Positions 12,411-23,937 of a stretch of DNA of 33,577 nucleotides are shown here, piece after piece. A model generated the notes under the pieces. That model ran no database searches. It was not told the origin of the DNA and saw only the letters and a list, made by a program, of their open reading frames with translations. A program made the translations under genes and the position numbers. Position 1 is the first letter of the stretch; each line of letters begins with the position of its first letter. The DNA comes from Asterionella formosa (lineage: Eukaryota): positions 1 through 33,577 of the forward strand of contig NKIB01000342.1 of NCBI GenBank assembly GCA_002256025.1, in the 5' to 3' direction.

Positions 12411-13193
12411 TTATGTCTCGGTTTTGGAATTAACGAGGTACAGTTGCGAAATTTCTCCCTTTATAGAATCAACTTGTTCTTCCAAGTGTGCAACAGACTC
12501 TCGCATGTTCCGAATGTGGGCGTCGAGTTTAATATCATCGTCCGTGACTTCCATGGTTGCCTGTATCTCTTGAATAGACTTGACTATGTTCCTTCCTCTC
12601 TCTTTTTCTTTAATGAGGTCCAGTGTACGTTTCCGTAACAGTCGCAAGGCATTGTCATGCTGCGATTCTAGTTCCGCCACCTCATTCTCTAGTAGCAGCA
12701 TCTCGTTGTTCGGGTTCATGTCGGTGGTGGCGTCGTGTCGCTGTTTCTGTGTCTCCATTTGTCGCTGTTCCAACGCTGCGATGAGCTCAACGCGATCGTG
12801 GACTTGTGCTTGCAGCGCCAGTATGAGTTTGTTGGCTTTCTTATATTGCAATTTGCGTTGATTTTGTATCGCCACCAATTGTGCCTGGTCGAATTTAAGC
12901 GCTGCGTACGTGGTGGCTAATCTGTCAAAGGCTTGATTTGTTTTTTGCCGTGCTGCCAACTCCCTCCTGTCTTGGCCGTCGTCGTAGCTGAAGGAAGAGG
13001 ATTGCTGCGTGAGGTCATGGTCGTAAACGTAACTCATGTTGCTACTATTGCCAAGACTGCCGGTATGACTGTTGCTATTGTTGCTGGTAGAACAATAACT
13101 GAACGTGGCGGATCCCTGATTCCGCTTTATCTTGCGCCCCTGATCGGATGGACTATTTGAAGATGGCGGACGATCGCTCCATGATGATTTCAT
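12411..13193 (-). CDS. Hypothetical coiled-coil protein, 260 aa
   Basis: ATG-initiated single ORF, CpG-rich like the other genes. Ser-rich N-terminus, then a long E/Q/K/L-rich heptad-like region. Confidence 0.7.
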   Translation of the reverse strand: MKSSWSDRPPSSNSPSDQGRKIKRNQGSATFSYCSTSNNSNSHTGSLGNSSNMSYVYDHDLTQQSSSFSYDDGQDRRELAARQKTNQAFDRLATTYAALKFDQAQLVAIQNQRKLQYKKANKLILALQAQVHDRVELIAALEQRQMETQKQRHDATTDMNPNNEMLLLENEVAELESQHDNALRLLRKRTLDLIKEKERGRNIVKSIQEIQATMEVTDDDIKLDAHIRNMRESVAHLEEQVDSIKGEISQLYLVNSKTET

Positions 13194-14124
13194 CGTCGTC
13201 TCCTGCTGGAATATTAGTAAGAATCCAAATCCTCAGCCGTGTGCTCCATAAAGAAGAAGTGCAGACAGAGTATATTTTGTTACCCCTGCTAGACTAGATT
13301 CAATAAATAGATTGAATGCTCAACAAAAGTTTTAACAAGAAGTTATTGCAACTTCTTCCTTGCTGCTTGTCGTGCGCACGTGTTCTTGTTCTGCTTGCAC
13401 TACATACATACCTACCGGTAGTAGTGCACTACACAGCATACTGTAAGTACTGCCCTGTCTGTGACCCTGCAATGACTGCCCATTGACAACACCTACATAC
13501 TCCTACCCAATTTCCAGCATTGGTGAGAGATCCTGGTTCCAACTGTTGAATCAAAGCAGAAATCATTGTTTCCTGCCTTATGATAATGTTAATGGCCCCA
13601 ACAATAACAAGGAAGTATGCAAGACCCTAATGAAGAAAGAGGTTTTCGAATTCATGTGTTTGGTTCTTGGGAAAATGGGTGAACCACAAACACAACCCCA
13701 ACAAAGGACCTGAGCTCCATGGGGATATTGCTTGGTGTTGATGGATCATCATCCCATACTAATCAATTCTGTGTATGGTGTGCATGTCACAGGGAGCAGA
13801 GGACTGTCAAGGTATTTGTCAGATCAAAATGATGGCCAATGTAGCTAACTAACAGCAACTTGTAGCAGTCAATTAGAAATTTAGCCTTGTTTTCCTAGTT
13901 GTAAGAACCGTCTTTGCAGCAACTTTCGACTGTATACCTGATAGTATATATCAATGTGTGCCTTTGACTATATGCAATTAAGGGTAGCCAGAATCTTGCT
14001 TGAAAGCATTGCAGGCAGAGCTTTGCATTACAACCAGCTCTATTTTAACCTACTAGTACAGCACCAGCTAAGAGTACTACTACATGAATTTGATAACCTC
14101 AAGTTTGCGTCTATTTTGCAGGTA

Positions 14125-14202
14125 GTAGAGACGCCAAGCAACATGGAAAGGAGTGCGGCCATTGTAGAGACGCCAAGCAACATGGAAAGGAGTGCGGCCA
14201 TT
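14125..14202. repeat. 39-bp perfect tandem duplication
   Basis: GTAGAGACGCCAAGCAACATGGAAAGGAGTGCGGCCATT at 14125 and 14164. Confidence 0.95.
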
Positions 14203-14789
14203 ACCACATATATCAGTTACATTTATACACAATTCATATATATACCAATGCATGAGGATATCATTGTTTTCTACGACCTCATGTACTGTTTTTGAATCTT
14301 TTCCATATCAATTCTTGTTCCTACTACAAGTCAGTGATGTATAGCTAATTAAGCCCCTCAAATAGCAGGACGAGTCAATCAACTTCTTTCATATTGTACA
14401 AATCATATAATAGAATTAGTTGATTTATTTTCTCATATCATTGACACAATTTATCAGACATTAATATTATGTGATCATATGTGTAGGATAAAAGAATCTA
14501 ACTTTATGAATTACAGATCATACTTGCTGGTTAGAAAAGATTGCCAATAAAATTTAACGCTATATAGCTCGTTTGATCTTACTTTTAACATTGATATATC
14601 CTACTACTTAATATCAATTCTTTCTTATATCTATGACATTGTTTATCATGTGATCATAATGCATTTATCAAACGAATAGGATATGACACCATCAAACTTT
14701 AGCTACTGATGATTCTCTCTCTGGTCCTCGTTAATGATGCATGATTGCCAGTAAATATAGGTACTAATCATGGGCTATTTTTTCATGAG

Positions 14790-15051
14790 CTTGTAATTTG
14801 TGTACTGGCAATCACCTTATAGATTCCAATGTTAGGTTGTCTGTACTAGCTAGAACATGTTTTCTGTACCTCCCATCACCTATAGATACCATGGTTAGGG
14901 CATTTGCATGAGAACCTGTTATTGTGTACCTTCCATCATCTATAGATCATACTAAAGTTAGCTTGTTTGTACCAGACCATGTTATTGCGTACCCTCCATC
15001 ACCTCTAGATACCAATTTTCGGTTGATTTTACAAGACCATGTAATTTGTGT
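14790..15051. repeat. Degenerate ~60-63-bp tandem repeat, ~4 units
   Basis: Recurring cores ACCTCCCATCACCTATAGAT, ACCTTCCATCATCTATAGAT and ACCCTCCATCACCTCTAGAT at 14868, 14928 and 14991, plus a weaker unit near 14803. Confidence 0.75.
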
Positions 15052-15177
15052 CGTCCAGTCTTAGTTCTTTCCATGTCAATGTTGTCGTCGTATCATTGGT
15101 AGTCCGGCAATGGTTTCCATGTGAATGTTAACGTCTGATCAACTCTGTTTTTACCGATTTTCATCTGTGTTGATTTC

Positions 15178-15339
15178 ATGAATCATCATGAGAACGAGCT
15201 TTTTGAGCATCAAAGCGACAAGGAAGGAATGAATCATCATCATGAGAACGAGCTTTTTGAGCATCAAAGCGACAAGGAAGGAATGAATCATCATCATGAG
15301 AACGAGCTTTTTGAGCATCAAAGCGACAAGGAAGGAATG
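15178..15339. repeat. 51/54-bp minisatellite, 3 units
   Basis: ATGAATCAT(CAT)CATGAGAACGAGCTTTTTGAGCATCAAAGCGACAAGGAAGGA three times. Confidence 0.95.
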
Positions 15340-16603
15340 GTAGGCAATAGATTGTGCGTGCCCTGTACAACCTATCCTTCGTTGCTGAGACTGGGTCGCT
15401 TGCTCCTGTATTTCCAAAGAACATTAATGATTGCTGTTTTGTAACTTCTTTTGAGATACGTTCTCACCTACACGTTTACTAGTTCTTTTTGTTCCCTTGT
15501 TCGACATGGTCACAACGAAGTAGGAGTAGAATAAATGTAGATGTTTCAAAATCAAAGCTTGAAACAAAATTAATAAAATATCTACCAGTGCATTACTTTC
15601 ATTTTTGGCGCACCAACAATAAAAGTTAGTTGTATTAGGTCTTCAAGAATTTATTAATGGATCATTCATTTACGTTTTGTACTTCAAAGATGTAATCCGA
15701 GTACATAACGAGTGATATAGTACTAGTGATAATATGTTCGATCATGATCAAATACCTATCTATATTGATCATTCATTCCAATATCTTGAATAGCAGTGAC
15801 GTACTGTACTACTTTTCATATCATGCAATTACCAGTATACTTCGAAGACTTGTACCGGTAGGTACCAATGATACTTACTATTTCGTAACGGGGATGCGAT
15901 TACAAACAAGTCCTTTCGAGGTTCTTCCAAGTCTTGAAAGGTTTATCTAATCAATCATACTTGTTGTAGGATATTGAATGTTCCTTTGAAAAATAGATTT
16001 TAGACATTCATAGTTGTAAATGATAAATTGGAAATTACCTCTATTTCACACACCTGTATATGAAAGTGCTTGTGCACAGAAGTTATTACAATATCCTCTT
16101 GTTGGTGCTTTGTGTGTAAGAAAAGCGCTTGTGATCATAAACTGAGTGATTGTTTTGTTGCATCTACTACTATGTGGAGTTGGTTTACTCATTGCAACAC
16201 TTTATTTATCGTTGTTCTTATCTCCTACAAAAAAAAGATACAAGAAGGGTAGAATGCGATTTTGCTGTCATTCGTAATGGTGGAATTTTGAATGTTAGAC
16301 TACATCAACAATTTCGCTGACAATCATTTCATCTTTCAGAAAACATGTCGAAATAGTAAATGAAACATGAGAAAGCAAATGATTTAAACAAACATCATTG
16401 CTGGAACTGGAGTGAAAGGAATTAATACAAATATGTGCTTATTCTGTTAAAGAATTTACAGTGGGATGAATGGGGTGACCAGAAGCATAAAAATACGGAT
16501 TGTATTATTAAATAGTGATGCATCGGTTTAACTCGATTTGTGTTTGTTATTGATCGAACATGATAATTTGTTTGACCAATTATTCAGATGTCGAAGAGAG
16601 GCT

Positions 16604-16802
16604 TGCCAAAGTGATGAAAAACTTTTGAAATCAAAAAATATATCACAGGTAATACTGTAGTGCCTACGGCACAGGAGATGTTGCTGTTTTTTGTTTTTAA
16701 GAAAAGGTGGATGCATGCCTAAGTGATGAAAAACTCTTGAAATCAAAAACAATGTATCATAGGTGATACTGTAGTGCATTCGGCACAGGAGATGTTGCTG
16801 TT
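16604..16802. repeat. Imperfect ~85-bp direct duplication (offset ~112 bp)
   Basis: AAGTGATGAAAAACT.TTGAAATCAAAAA...ATACTGTAGTGC...CGGCACAGGAGATGTTGCTGTT at 16604-16688 and 16716-16802. Confidence 0.9.
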
Positions 16803-17489
16803 AGTACTGCATACCGGTTACTTCATTGTAGGCGACTAATCAACTCTATTTAATTGTCCCCTTCGCGACCCCGGCACTTCTGCGGACATGTTTCTTCTTC
16901 GCTTGGGCTTGGGCAACCGCGTTACTAACTTTGTCGATGTCCATAACTAATTATTCCCGTTCTTACCACCTCGATTTATCGTTTTTGTGGTTTGAACTAC
17001 CCACTCCTTGACCGACGCGCTGCTCTGACATTCCCTTCCTTAATTTTTTCTGTGAACAACTTTGCCAAGTTTATTTTCCCACCCCGGTTCTTGTTCCTTT
17101 CTCTTTAATGAAACCTACAACCCCCAACCTTCTTGCTCTCTATGTGGTGGACTAGCCTTCTTGATCCCAATCACCTGTCATTGATGGTTGTTGGCATGAA
17201 GAAGATGCGAAAATGCTCAAAATGGTTTCTCGTGATGGCGACTTTGATTGGCTTTGGCAACCTGGCTGAACGTGATCCACCAGCAGGGTCTTTTGACTTC
17301 CCTCCACCTCCCTCACATGCACCTGGCGCCAGCTTTAGTTTAGCACCTTGGTTGCAAGGTGATTCCTTCCGTGGCTGTCCTCATTATAAATGTGATGAAG
17401 TGGATCATGATGTCCACAACCATTCCTGTATTGTTTTCCTCGGAAACCGAGAAGTCTCCCAACCTGAGGAAAGTCAGGCTGATCTTAAC

Positions 17490-17606
17490 CCCAGTCCTTA
17501 GCTAACTCTCTTTTGTTTCTTTGTCTTGTCGCGTGGAACATCGACGAGCCCAGTCCTTAGCTAACTCTCTTGTGTTTCCTTGTCTTGTCGCGTGGAACAT
17601 CGACGA
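17490..17606. repeat. 59-bp tandem duplication
   Basis: CCCAGTCCTTAGCTAACTCTCTT.TGTTTC.TTGTCTTGTCGCGTGGAACATCGACGA at 17490 and 17549. Confidence 0.95.
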
Positions 17607-19210
17607 TCATATGATCAATATGTATTGATCGTACGTATAGGATATAAGTATCAAACGTTTTTGAGTTCAAATTGTAAGTCAATGATTAGAAATGATTCAT
17701 TTAAAATTCAGATAGACGCCGAGTATCAGGGACTGAAGAGCACCTTTGTTTTCTTTAGGTATGTCAATTTCGATGGATAGAGGCAAAGACAATTAGAATA
17801 CATTTCCCGTACTTATATTTTAAATAAACATTGTTAAACTCTATACTAGCTAAGGCTGCATTTCAATTGTATAGCGACACTATATTTTAAGATGATTGTT
17901 ACACCATGACGTCAATTATCTGAAATGCTACCGAAGAGAATAGACAATTAATTTCAAAGATATTCAAAGAAAAAAGGGCAGCGATTGATGACATCCAAAA
18001 GGTCTCCACAGCAAGCAGGAAAGCAATGAACAGCAAATCCAAAAGAATCACGTCAAGAAGGTCATTATGGTGTCACTCACAACCCCTCATCAAGCGCTCA
18101 TTCTCTCAGTATTAAGTGGAACAAAGGCATATTCCGTTCCTCATTATTAGTACCGGCGATCTACTACTACCACTGTTGAAAGGTACAACCATATGCCTGC
18201 CTCCAAGGTATCGTTGGTACTGATAGTGATGATGACATTTTCCTTCTTGTCCATTCCAGAAAAATGCCTCCTGTTTATACCACACCATTAATAACTCCTG
18301 AGCGTAGATGGAAGAGGTGTCCATACCGTAAATTTTCTAATTGTGTGGACCAAGCTATATATGACAAATTACTGGAAAAGTACTTTTCACTTGTTAGAGG
18401 ATTTATCAACAAGTGGCCACTAAAATTAACCAAGTGATTACTGAGCTTGGATCATTACAAAGGACTTAAACTAAGTTCAAAACTCATCATTGGTACTGTG
18501 GTTGCGAAGATTCATCAGAAAATTGAGCCTTCTGTTGTGTGAATTATATTTTCAAAGCCAGAGAAATTTCGAAGTGAAAGTGAACAAATGATTTTATACA
18601 GCCAGATTGTGAATTGAATACATTCTTGTGACTCAAAAAGGCCATTAAGAAACACCCTACCACTTCTGGTCCTGGTGGCAATGAAAGCATTTCCAATCAT
18701 AAATAGTTGAATGGTTTGCCCAATATTGCCTCTCTTGACAATATGCACTGATACCGAAATTAGGCAATGTGGAATGGACCTGATACAATTCTTCTGAGCA
18801 ATCACAACATGCTACACACAAACAAAGTCCCATTGTCTGCTGCTTGTTATGCAAGTTAGAGCAGATCAGTGAGTTTAACAGTGAAACACTGATTGTGGAA
18901 TGTAGATAGCTACTATTTGTCCAATTTGCGATTTGATTGCATCCATAGTTCATTTTGATCACTTCCATCATTGTTTGCCATTCTGTACTGTGTCTTTTTG
19001 GTTTGATTTTTTAGATACACAAGGGCTGATGTATGTACCAATCAATGCGCACTTTTTGAAGATGTATTGTTGATGATTTGTATACCAGGCAGCCATGTGG
19101 TCAATATTGCCACCAAGCAATGCCTTTCTTGTACTGACTCAGTTTGATATCTTTCTACATAGAGTTTTGTATCATAAGCTGCAATTCAATATTCAGCAAC
19201 AATTCTCTGA

Positions 19211-20715
19211 CTCCAAGATGGTACACCAATTGATGAGATTCAAAGGATTATGGAAGCGAATCCCCAATTCATCAAGGTCAAGGACTGGATGGAAAAACTT
19301 CCTTTGCACAAAGCATGCGAGAACAACACATCACTTGAAGTCGTGAAATTCTTGGTCGAAAAATACCCTGATTCTGTCAAGGTCAAGGACTGGTTGAAAA
19401 AAATTCCTTTGCACTGCGCATGTGAGAAAAATGCAGCACTTAAAGTCGTGAAATTCTTGGTCGAGACATACCCTGATTCTGTCAAGGTCAAGGAATCTTA
19501 CAAGGGATTTCCTTTGCACAAAGCATGCGAAAACAACGCACCACTTGAAGTCTTGAAATTCTTGGTCAAAACATATCCTGATTCTGTCAAGGTCAAAAAC
19601 TGGTTGAAAAAGCTTCCTTTGCAATGTGCATGCGAGAACAATGCACCACTTAATGTCGTGAAATTCTTGGTCAAAACATACCCTGATTCTGTCAAGGTCA
19701 AAAAATGGTGGAAAGAACTTCATTTGCACTGTGCATGCGCGAACAATGCACCACTTGATGTCGTGAAATTCTTGGTCCAACAATATCGTGATTCTGTCAA
19801 GGTCAAAAACTGGTTGAATGAACTTCCTTTGCACTGTGCATGCGAGAACAATGCACCAATTGAAGTCGTGAAATTCTTGGTCCAACAATATCGTGATTCT
19901 GTCAAGGTCAAGGACATTAATCAAATGCTTCCTTTACATTTTGCTCTAAATGAGAATATGAATCTTGAAGTGGTGACATTCTTGATTCAGGAATATCCCT
20001 ATTCTTTGATGGTCCTCGACTCTTATCAAAGACTTCCTTTGCACTGTGCAATTGAAAAAAATTGCCTCTTGAAGCTGTTGAGTTATTGGTCCAACAATAC
20101 CCTGATTCTGTCAAGGTCAAGATCAAGGTCAATGATCAATGGCTTCCATTGCACTTTGCGCTGGCACGAAATTCTCCAATTGAAGTGTTGAGATTCTTGG
20201 TCCAGCATTATCCTGATTCTGTCAAGGTCAAGGACAGTAAGCAACGGCTTCCATTGCACGTTGCATGTGCAAATAATTCGCTGCTTGAAGTTGTGCAATT
20301 CTTGGTCCAGCAAGATCCTGATTCTGTCATGGTCAAGTGCAATCATCAATTGCTTCCTTTGCACATTTCATGTTTCGGAAAATCGCCACTTGAAGTTGTG
20401 AAGTTGTTAGTTCAACAATATCCTGATTCTGTGAAGGTCAAGGACAATGATCAATTTCTTCCATTGTATGTTGCATGTGCAAACAGCTCGCCACTTGAAG
20501 TCGTGAAATTCTTGGTCCAACAATATCCTGATTCTATCGAGGTAAAGGACAGTGAGCAAAGACTTCCTTTGCAAATTGCAGGTAGAAGCAAAGCACCACT
20601 CTATGTGATGGAGTTTTTGGTTGAGCAATTTCCAGATTCAGTATTGTTCCCAGGCATGGGTGATTTGACAAACGAAAAATTTGGATATTTGCTTTTTACT
20701 ATGTATGATGAATAG
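19211..20715 (+). pseudogene. Ankyrin-repeat gene (13 x 35-aa units) interrupted by a frameshift; pseudogene, assembly error or recoded
   Basis: Consensus xxxxLPLHxACxNNAPLEVVKFLVxxYPDSVKVKD with 105-bp DNA periodicity. ORF 19250-20191 leaves the repeat frame at the A7 run 20055-20061; one extra A restores EKKLPLEAVELLVQQYPDS and joins ORF 20062-20715. An in-frame TGA at 19208 precedes the repeat-like LQDGTPIDEIQRIMEANPQ. Confidence 0.85.
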
Positions 20716-21546
20716 TGATAGAGGCAGTACAATGTAACAGTATAGCATGTCATTGTAGAAGCTTTGCATCAAGAATCTAAAGAGCCACAGAGTGGTGTCT
20801 GACAATCAAGCTTGCTAGCATGTCATTGATTAGATGGACATCATGTTTATGTAACTCATTCATTTAAGAATAAATTGATCCTTTCATATAAATTGATCCT
20901 TTCATTGAACTTGTATGATTGAGCATGGGAAATGATTTGTTGTCATTGTAGATGAATTGAGGGATCAAATCCTGATTCTTTTTTGAGAAGCAATTGTTGA
21001 GTTTGAATCCCACACTCCTTACCAAAATGTACTGTCTTAACTGGTGTGCGAGAAATGTGAGTGGGATACCCCTACAAGCGATCTGTGCCGCCTCCCTAGG
21101 TGATCAGAGTTTCCTCTAATGCTGCAGCTGAGATGACCATCTTTTGCGAAAGATGGGTAGGGACTCACCAATGCAAACAAAACAAGGAAGCACAGGTCTT
21201 GTCAGCAGGCAATGCTATGAAAAGCCATGTGTGAAATTACAAGATCTTAAAAAAGGAGTTTTTGTGATTTGATGTTTTGCATGATTGACCTTTTATTTCT
21301 TCCTCAAAACACAATTTCAAAACTTTCTGGGAAATTTTACACTTATGGTACTGGCCCCATTGCCCTCCCTAGTCACAGCTGCTAAATTTCTGACCCCACC
21401 AGGTGTCTTTTCTTTGTACGGAGTACGAGGCAGTACATAACTGGTAATATCTGATAGATGCTGTTCCTACATGCTTCCATGGGTGCAACATATTTTACCT
21501 CGCCTTCTTCTTGCTGGACTTTTGGTGTGCCGCGAAATGCCCCCGA

Positions 21547-22482
21547 TTATTCAATCCCTACAATCCTTTTCCGCACAAACCCCATTTTTTCATTTGCATA
21601 GTCATCCTTGTAGTATTCATTTGCCAATGATTCCGTATTGTTGTCAAAGAACTCGAGAAGTCGCGTGACTGCGGCTGTACTATGCTTGACATTGGACAGG
21701 GATTGAAAAATCGATTCCTCCCCAGAACTTCCCCACCCAGTTATACCAAAGTCTTCCCATGCTCCCAACCGTTCCAGCAATTCTTTTGCATCTGCTGCCG
21801 CTGTTTCAATATGGCCGACGAAATTGATGGTTTCCCAAAATCGTCGCTCCATGCGATTCGATTGCGGCATCCAATGTGGATCTACACATTGTTGCATCAC
21901 ACCAAGAAACCCTACCAACGTGGATGATTCGTTTCCACAGGATGGACAGCAGTGACGATTCACATACATGCCACCCTTGCGAACGGCTTTGTCCAAATAT
22001 GCTGACACGAACCTTTCCTTGGGGTCACGAACAAAAATGGCCCTGGTCCAGTCCTCTGCTTTCAACATTGAAGTGGCTTCGTTGATGGAATAGTTATAAA
22101 GGTATTTCAATCCATTGACATGTGGGTTGTGGGGCATACCTGAGCCGCCTAGCTTGCGCCAGTTTGGATATCCGGCCATTCTTCTGAATAATTGCTTAAA
22201 CACGGTACATCCGACTTTCGGGATCGTAAAGAAAATCAATTTATATTTCTTGAGAACTATAGGAGCCCCGTCCCACAAGCCTGGTTTGTAGATATAGCTG
22301 TTTTGTGATATATATGAATCACTTTCTTCGTTGACTTGGATTGTTGATTGCCTAACGTGTTGCGACTGTTGTATCATGAACGTAACTGGTGCAACACGCA
22401 GCCGTGTTTGTTCAACGCAAATAGTCGTTATCAGTGCCATGGAAAAGGCTAATGATATCCGCAGGCTTCGTCTAGGAATCAT
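21547..22482 (-). CDS. Golgi-type carbohydrate sulfotransferase (Sulfotransfer_2 / CHST-like)
   Basis: First ATG at 22482; N-terminal basic then hydrophobic anchor (MIPRRSLRISLAFSMALITTICV); PAPS-binding 5'-PSB motif FFTIPKVGCT; 3'-PB motif FVRDPKERFVSAY; DPHWMPQ; NFVGHIET; YYKDDY. Confidence 0.92.
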   Translation of the reverse strand: MIPRRSLRISLAFSMALITTICVEQTRLRVAPVTFMIQQSQHVRQSTIQVNEESDSYISQNSYIYKPGLWDGAPIVLKKYKLIFFTIPKVGCTVFKQLFRRMAGYPNWRKLGGSGMPHNPHVNGLKYLYNYSINEATSMLKAEDWTRAIFVRDPKERFVSAYLDKAVRKGGMYVNRHCCPSCGNESSTLVGFLGVMQQCVDPHWMPQSNRMERRFWETINFVGHIETAAADAKELLERLGAWEDFGITGWGSSGEESIFQSLSNVKHSTAAVTRLLEFFDNNTESLANEYYKDDYANEKMGFVRKRIVGIE

Positions 22483-23875
22483 GAGCGATGTTGGCGCTAT
22501 CACAAGACGTACTGATGTGTCGTCGTTTACGAAGGGATTGGTGACTGAAGCGATGGGTTTGTTCGAATGCCGAGCGTTATCAAAACCAAGGGCGTGACAC
22601 GGCTTTCAACCTGCTGGTGAGCGTACAGGAGTACCGGTAGATCGGTCGGCAGTCCACACGATGCAACCAGTGCGTAATATTTATTAGTTGCATCGATTAT
22701 TCAAATTTATCCCATTTCAACTCGTACGATTTTCTCCGGCTCAATTGCCCTACATAATGTGAGGTTACATAGCTCTAAGCTACGGATCGATGAATAATAT
22801 ATATGCATGTACCGGTAGTAAATTTCAAATCGGCAACTACCGGTAATACGTATCGAAAAAACAGTTATTCTATTCACGTTACTGTAAAACCCGGTGTCTT
22901 GTACCCCTCAATGTACACAGCCATGATTATAACACACCGGCCGGGCCTTTTTTGATCGCCAAACATTATGAAGAAACCAACTTCACCACCGTTTTCTCCA
23001 TAGTCAAAAACATAAATAACAACATTCAAAGAGATATTGTTTTAGGTTTGGTTTCTTGGATCAATCACATTTCGATTTTTGGTGCACTGGCTGGCGTGCC
23101 CGAATTTTGTAATGGCTGCAATAGTAATTTCTATGGTGTGTAAACTTTTGTACCTACTTCTATACTAGTAATAATTTGTGTAGCGTCTACAGTATTAATC
23201 TTGATAGAAATTGATGCTAACCAACCAAATCATTTTTTCGGTATCATAAAGTATGACAACCAAGAAATATCTCTGCATCAGGCAGAAGAAAAATATTGTT
23301 ATGGAAGGATAAAGCAAGCCCAACAATATCAAGGCAACTGCCAGAGCATATTCGGTTCAGCCAAAGCAGATCCAAGTTGTATAGTCTAGTACTACACCCA
23401 TTAATACTGTTGTAGGATTAGGTAAAAAAGAGGACACATTCTAGGAATTAGTATACTGGTAGATGCCATCACGAAACTCGGGCGTGAACTGGTGACAACA
23501 ACATATCTTTTAATGTTGCTATTTACGTTTTAGACTACGGAGAATGCGGTGGTGAAGTTGGTTTTTCATAATGTTGGTTGATCAAAAAAGGACCAATGTC
23601 TTGTACTCCCGCCCTCTAAGTGAAATCAGTCGTAGCTGTGTACATTGAGGGGTACCAGTACGAGACACCAGGTTTTATGGTGCATGAATCCCACGAGAAG
23701 ACAAGCAAACCAACAACCGCATCCTTGTGACAACAAATCGCTACTGACGTTGACAATGAACACATTTCGCTTCAGACTGGGCATGATGGACGATGATCGG
23801 CATGGTGAAACACGTGAATTGCTGGAGTCACTTTTCAGGCAAGGTACAAAAACCAGGTGAATACTAGAAATAATT

Positions 23876-23937
23876 TAATCAAATCTGTGGAGTGTATCAT
23901 AAAATACTAATCAAATCTGTAGAGTGTATCATAAAAT
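23876..23937. repeat. 32-bp tandem duplication
   Basis: TAATCAAATCTGT.GAGTGTATCATAAAAT at 23876 and 23908. Confidence 0.9.

Noticed and set aside
15178..15339. 54-bp repeats as a CRISPR array or a His-rich peptide gene
   Set aside because: Units are contiguous with no unique spacers, the context is eukaryotic with no cas genes, and the open frames on both strands are explained by a unit length divisible by 3.
19240..20628. Repetitive minus-strand ORFs (e.g. 19331-19924)
   Set aside because: Antisense shadows of the ankyrin repeats.
20940..21024. Intact tRNA gene
   Set aside because: Only a degenerate T-arm and CCA-like end are present; no matching 5' acceptor strand, D-arm or anticodon arm.
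21120..21165. Hammerhead or HDV-like ribozyme
   Set aside because: CTGAGATGA does not match the CUGANGA core and the GAAA lies inside the hairpin; the required stems could not be built.
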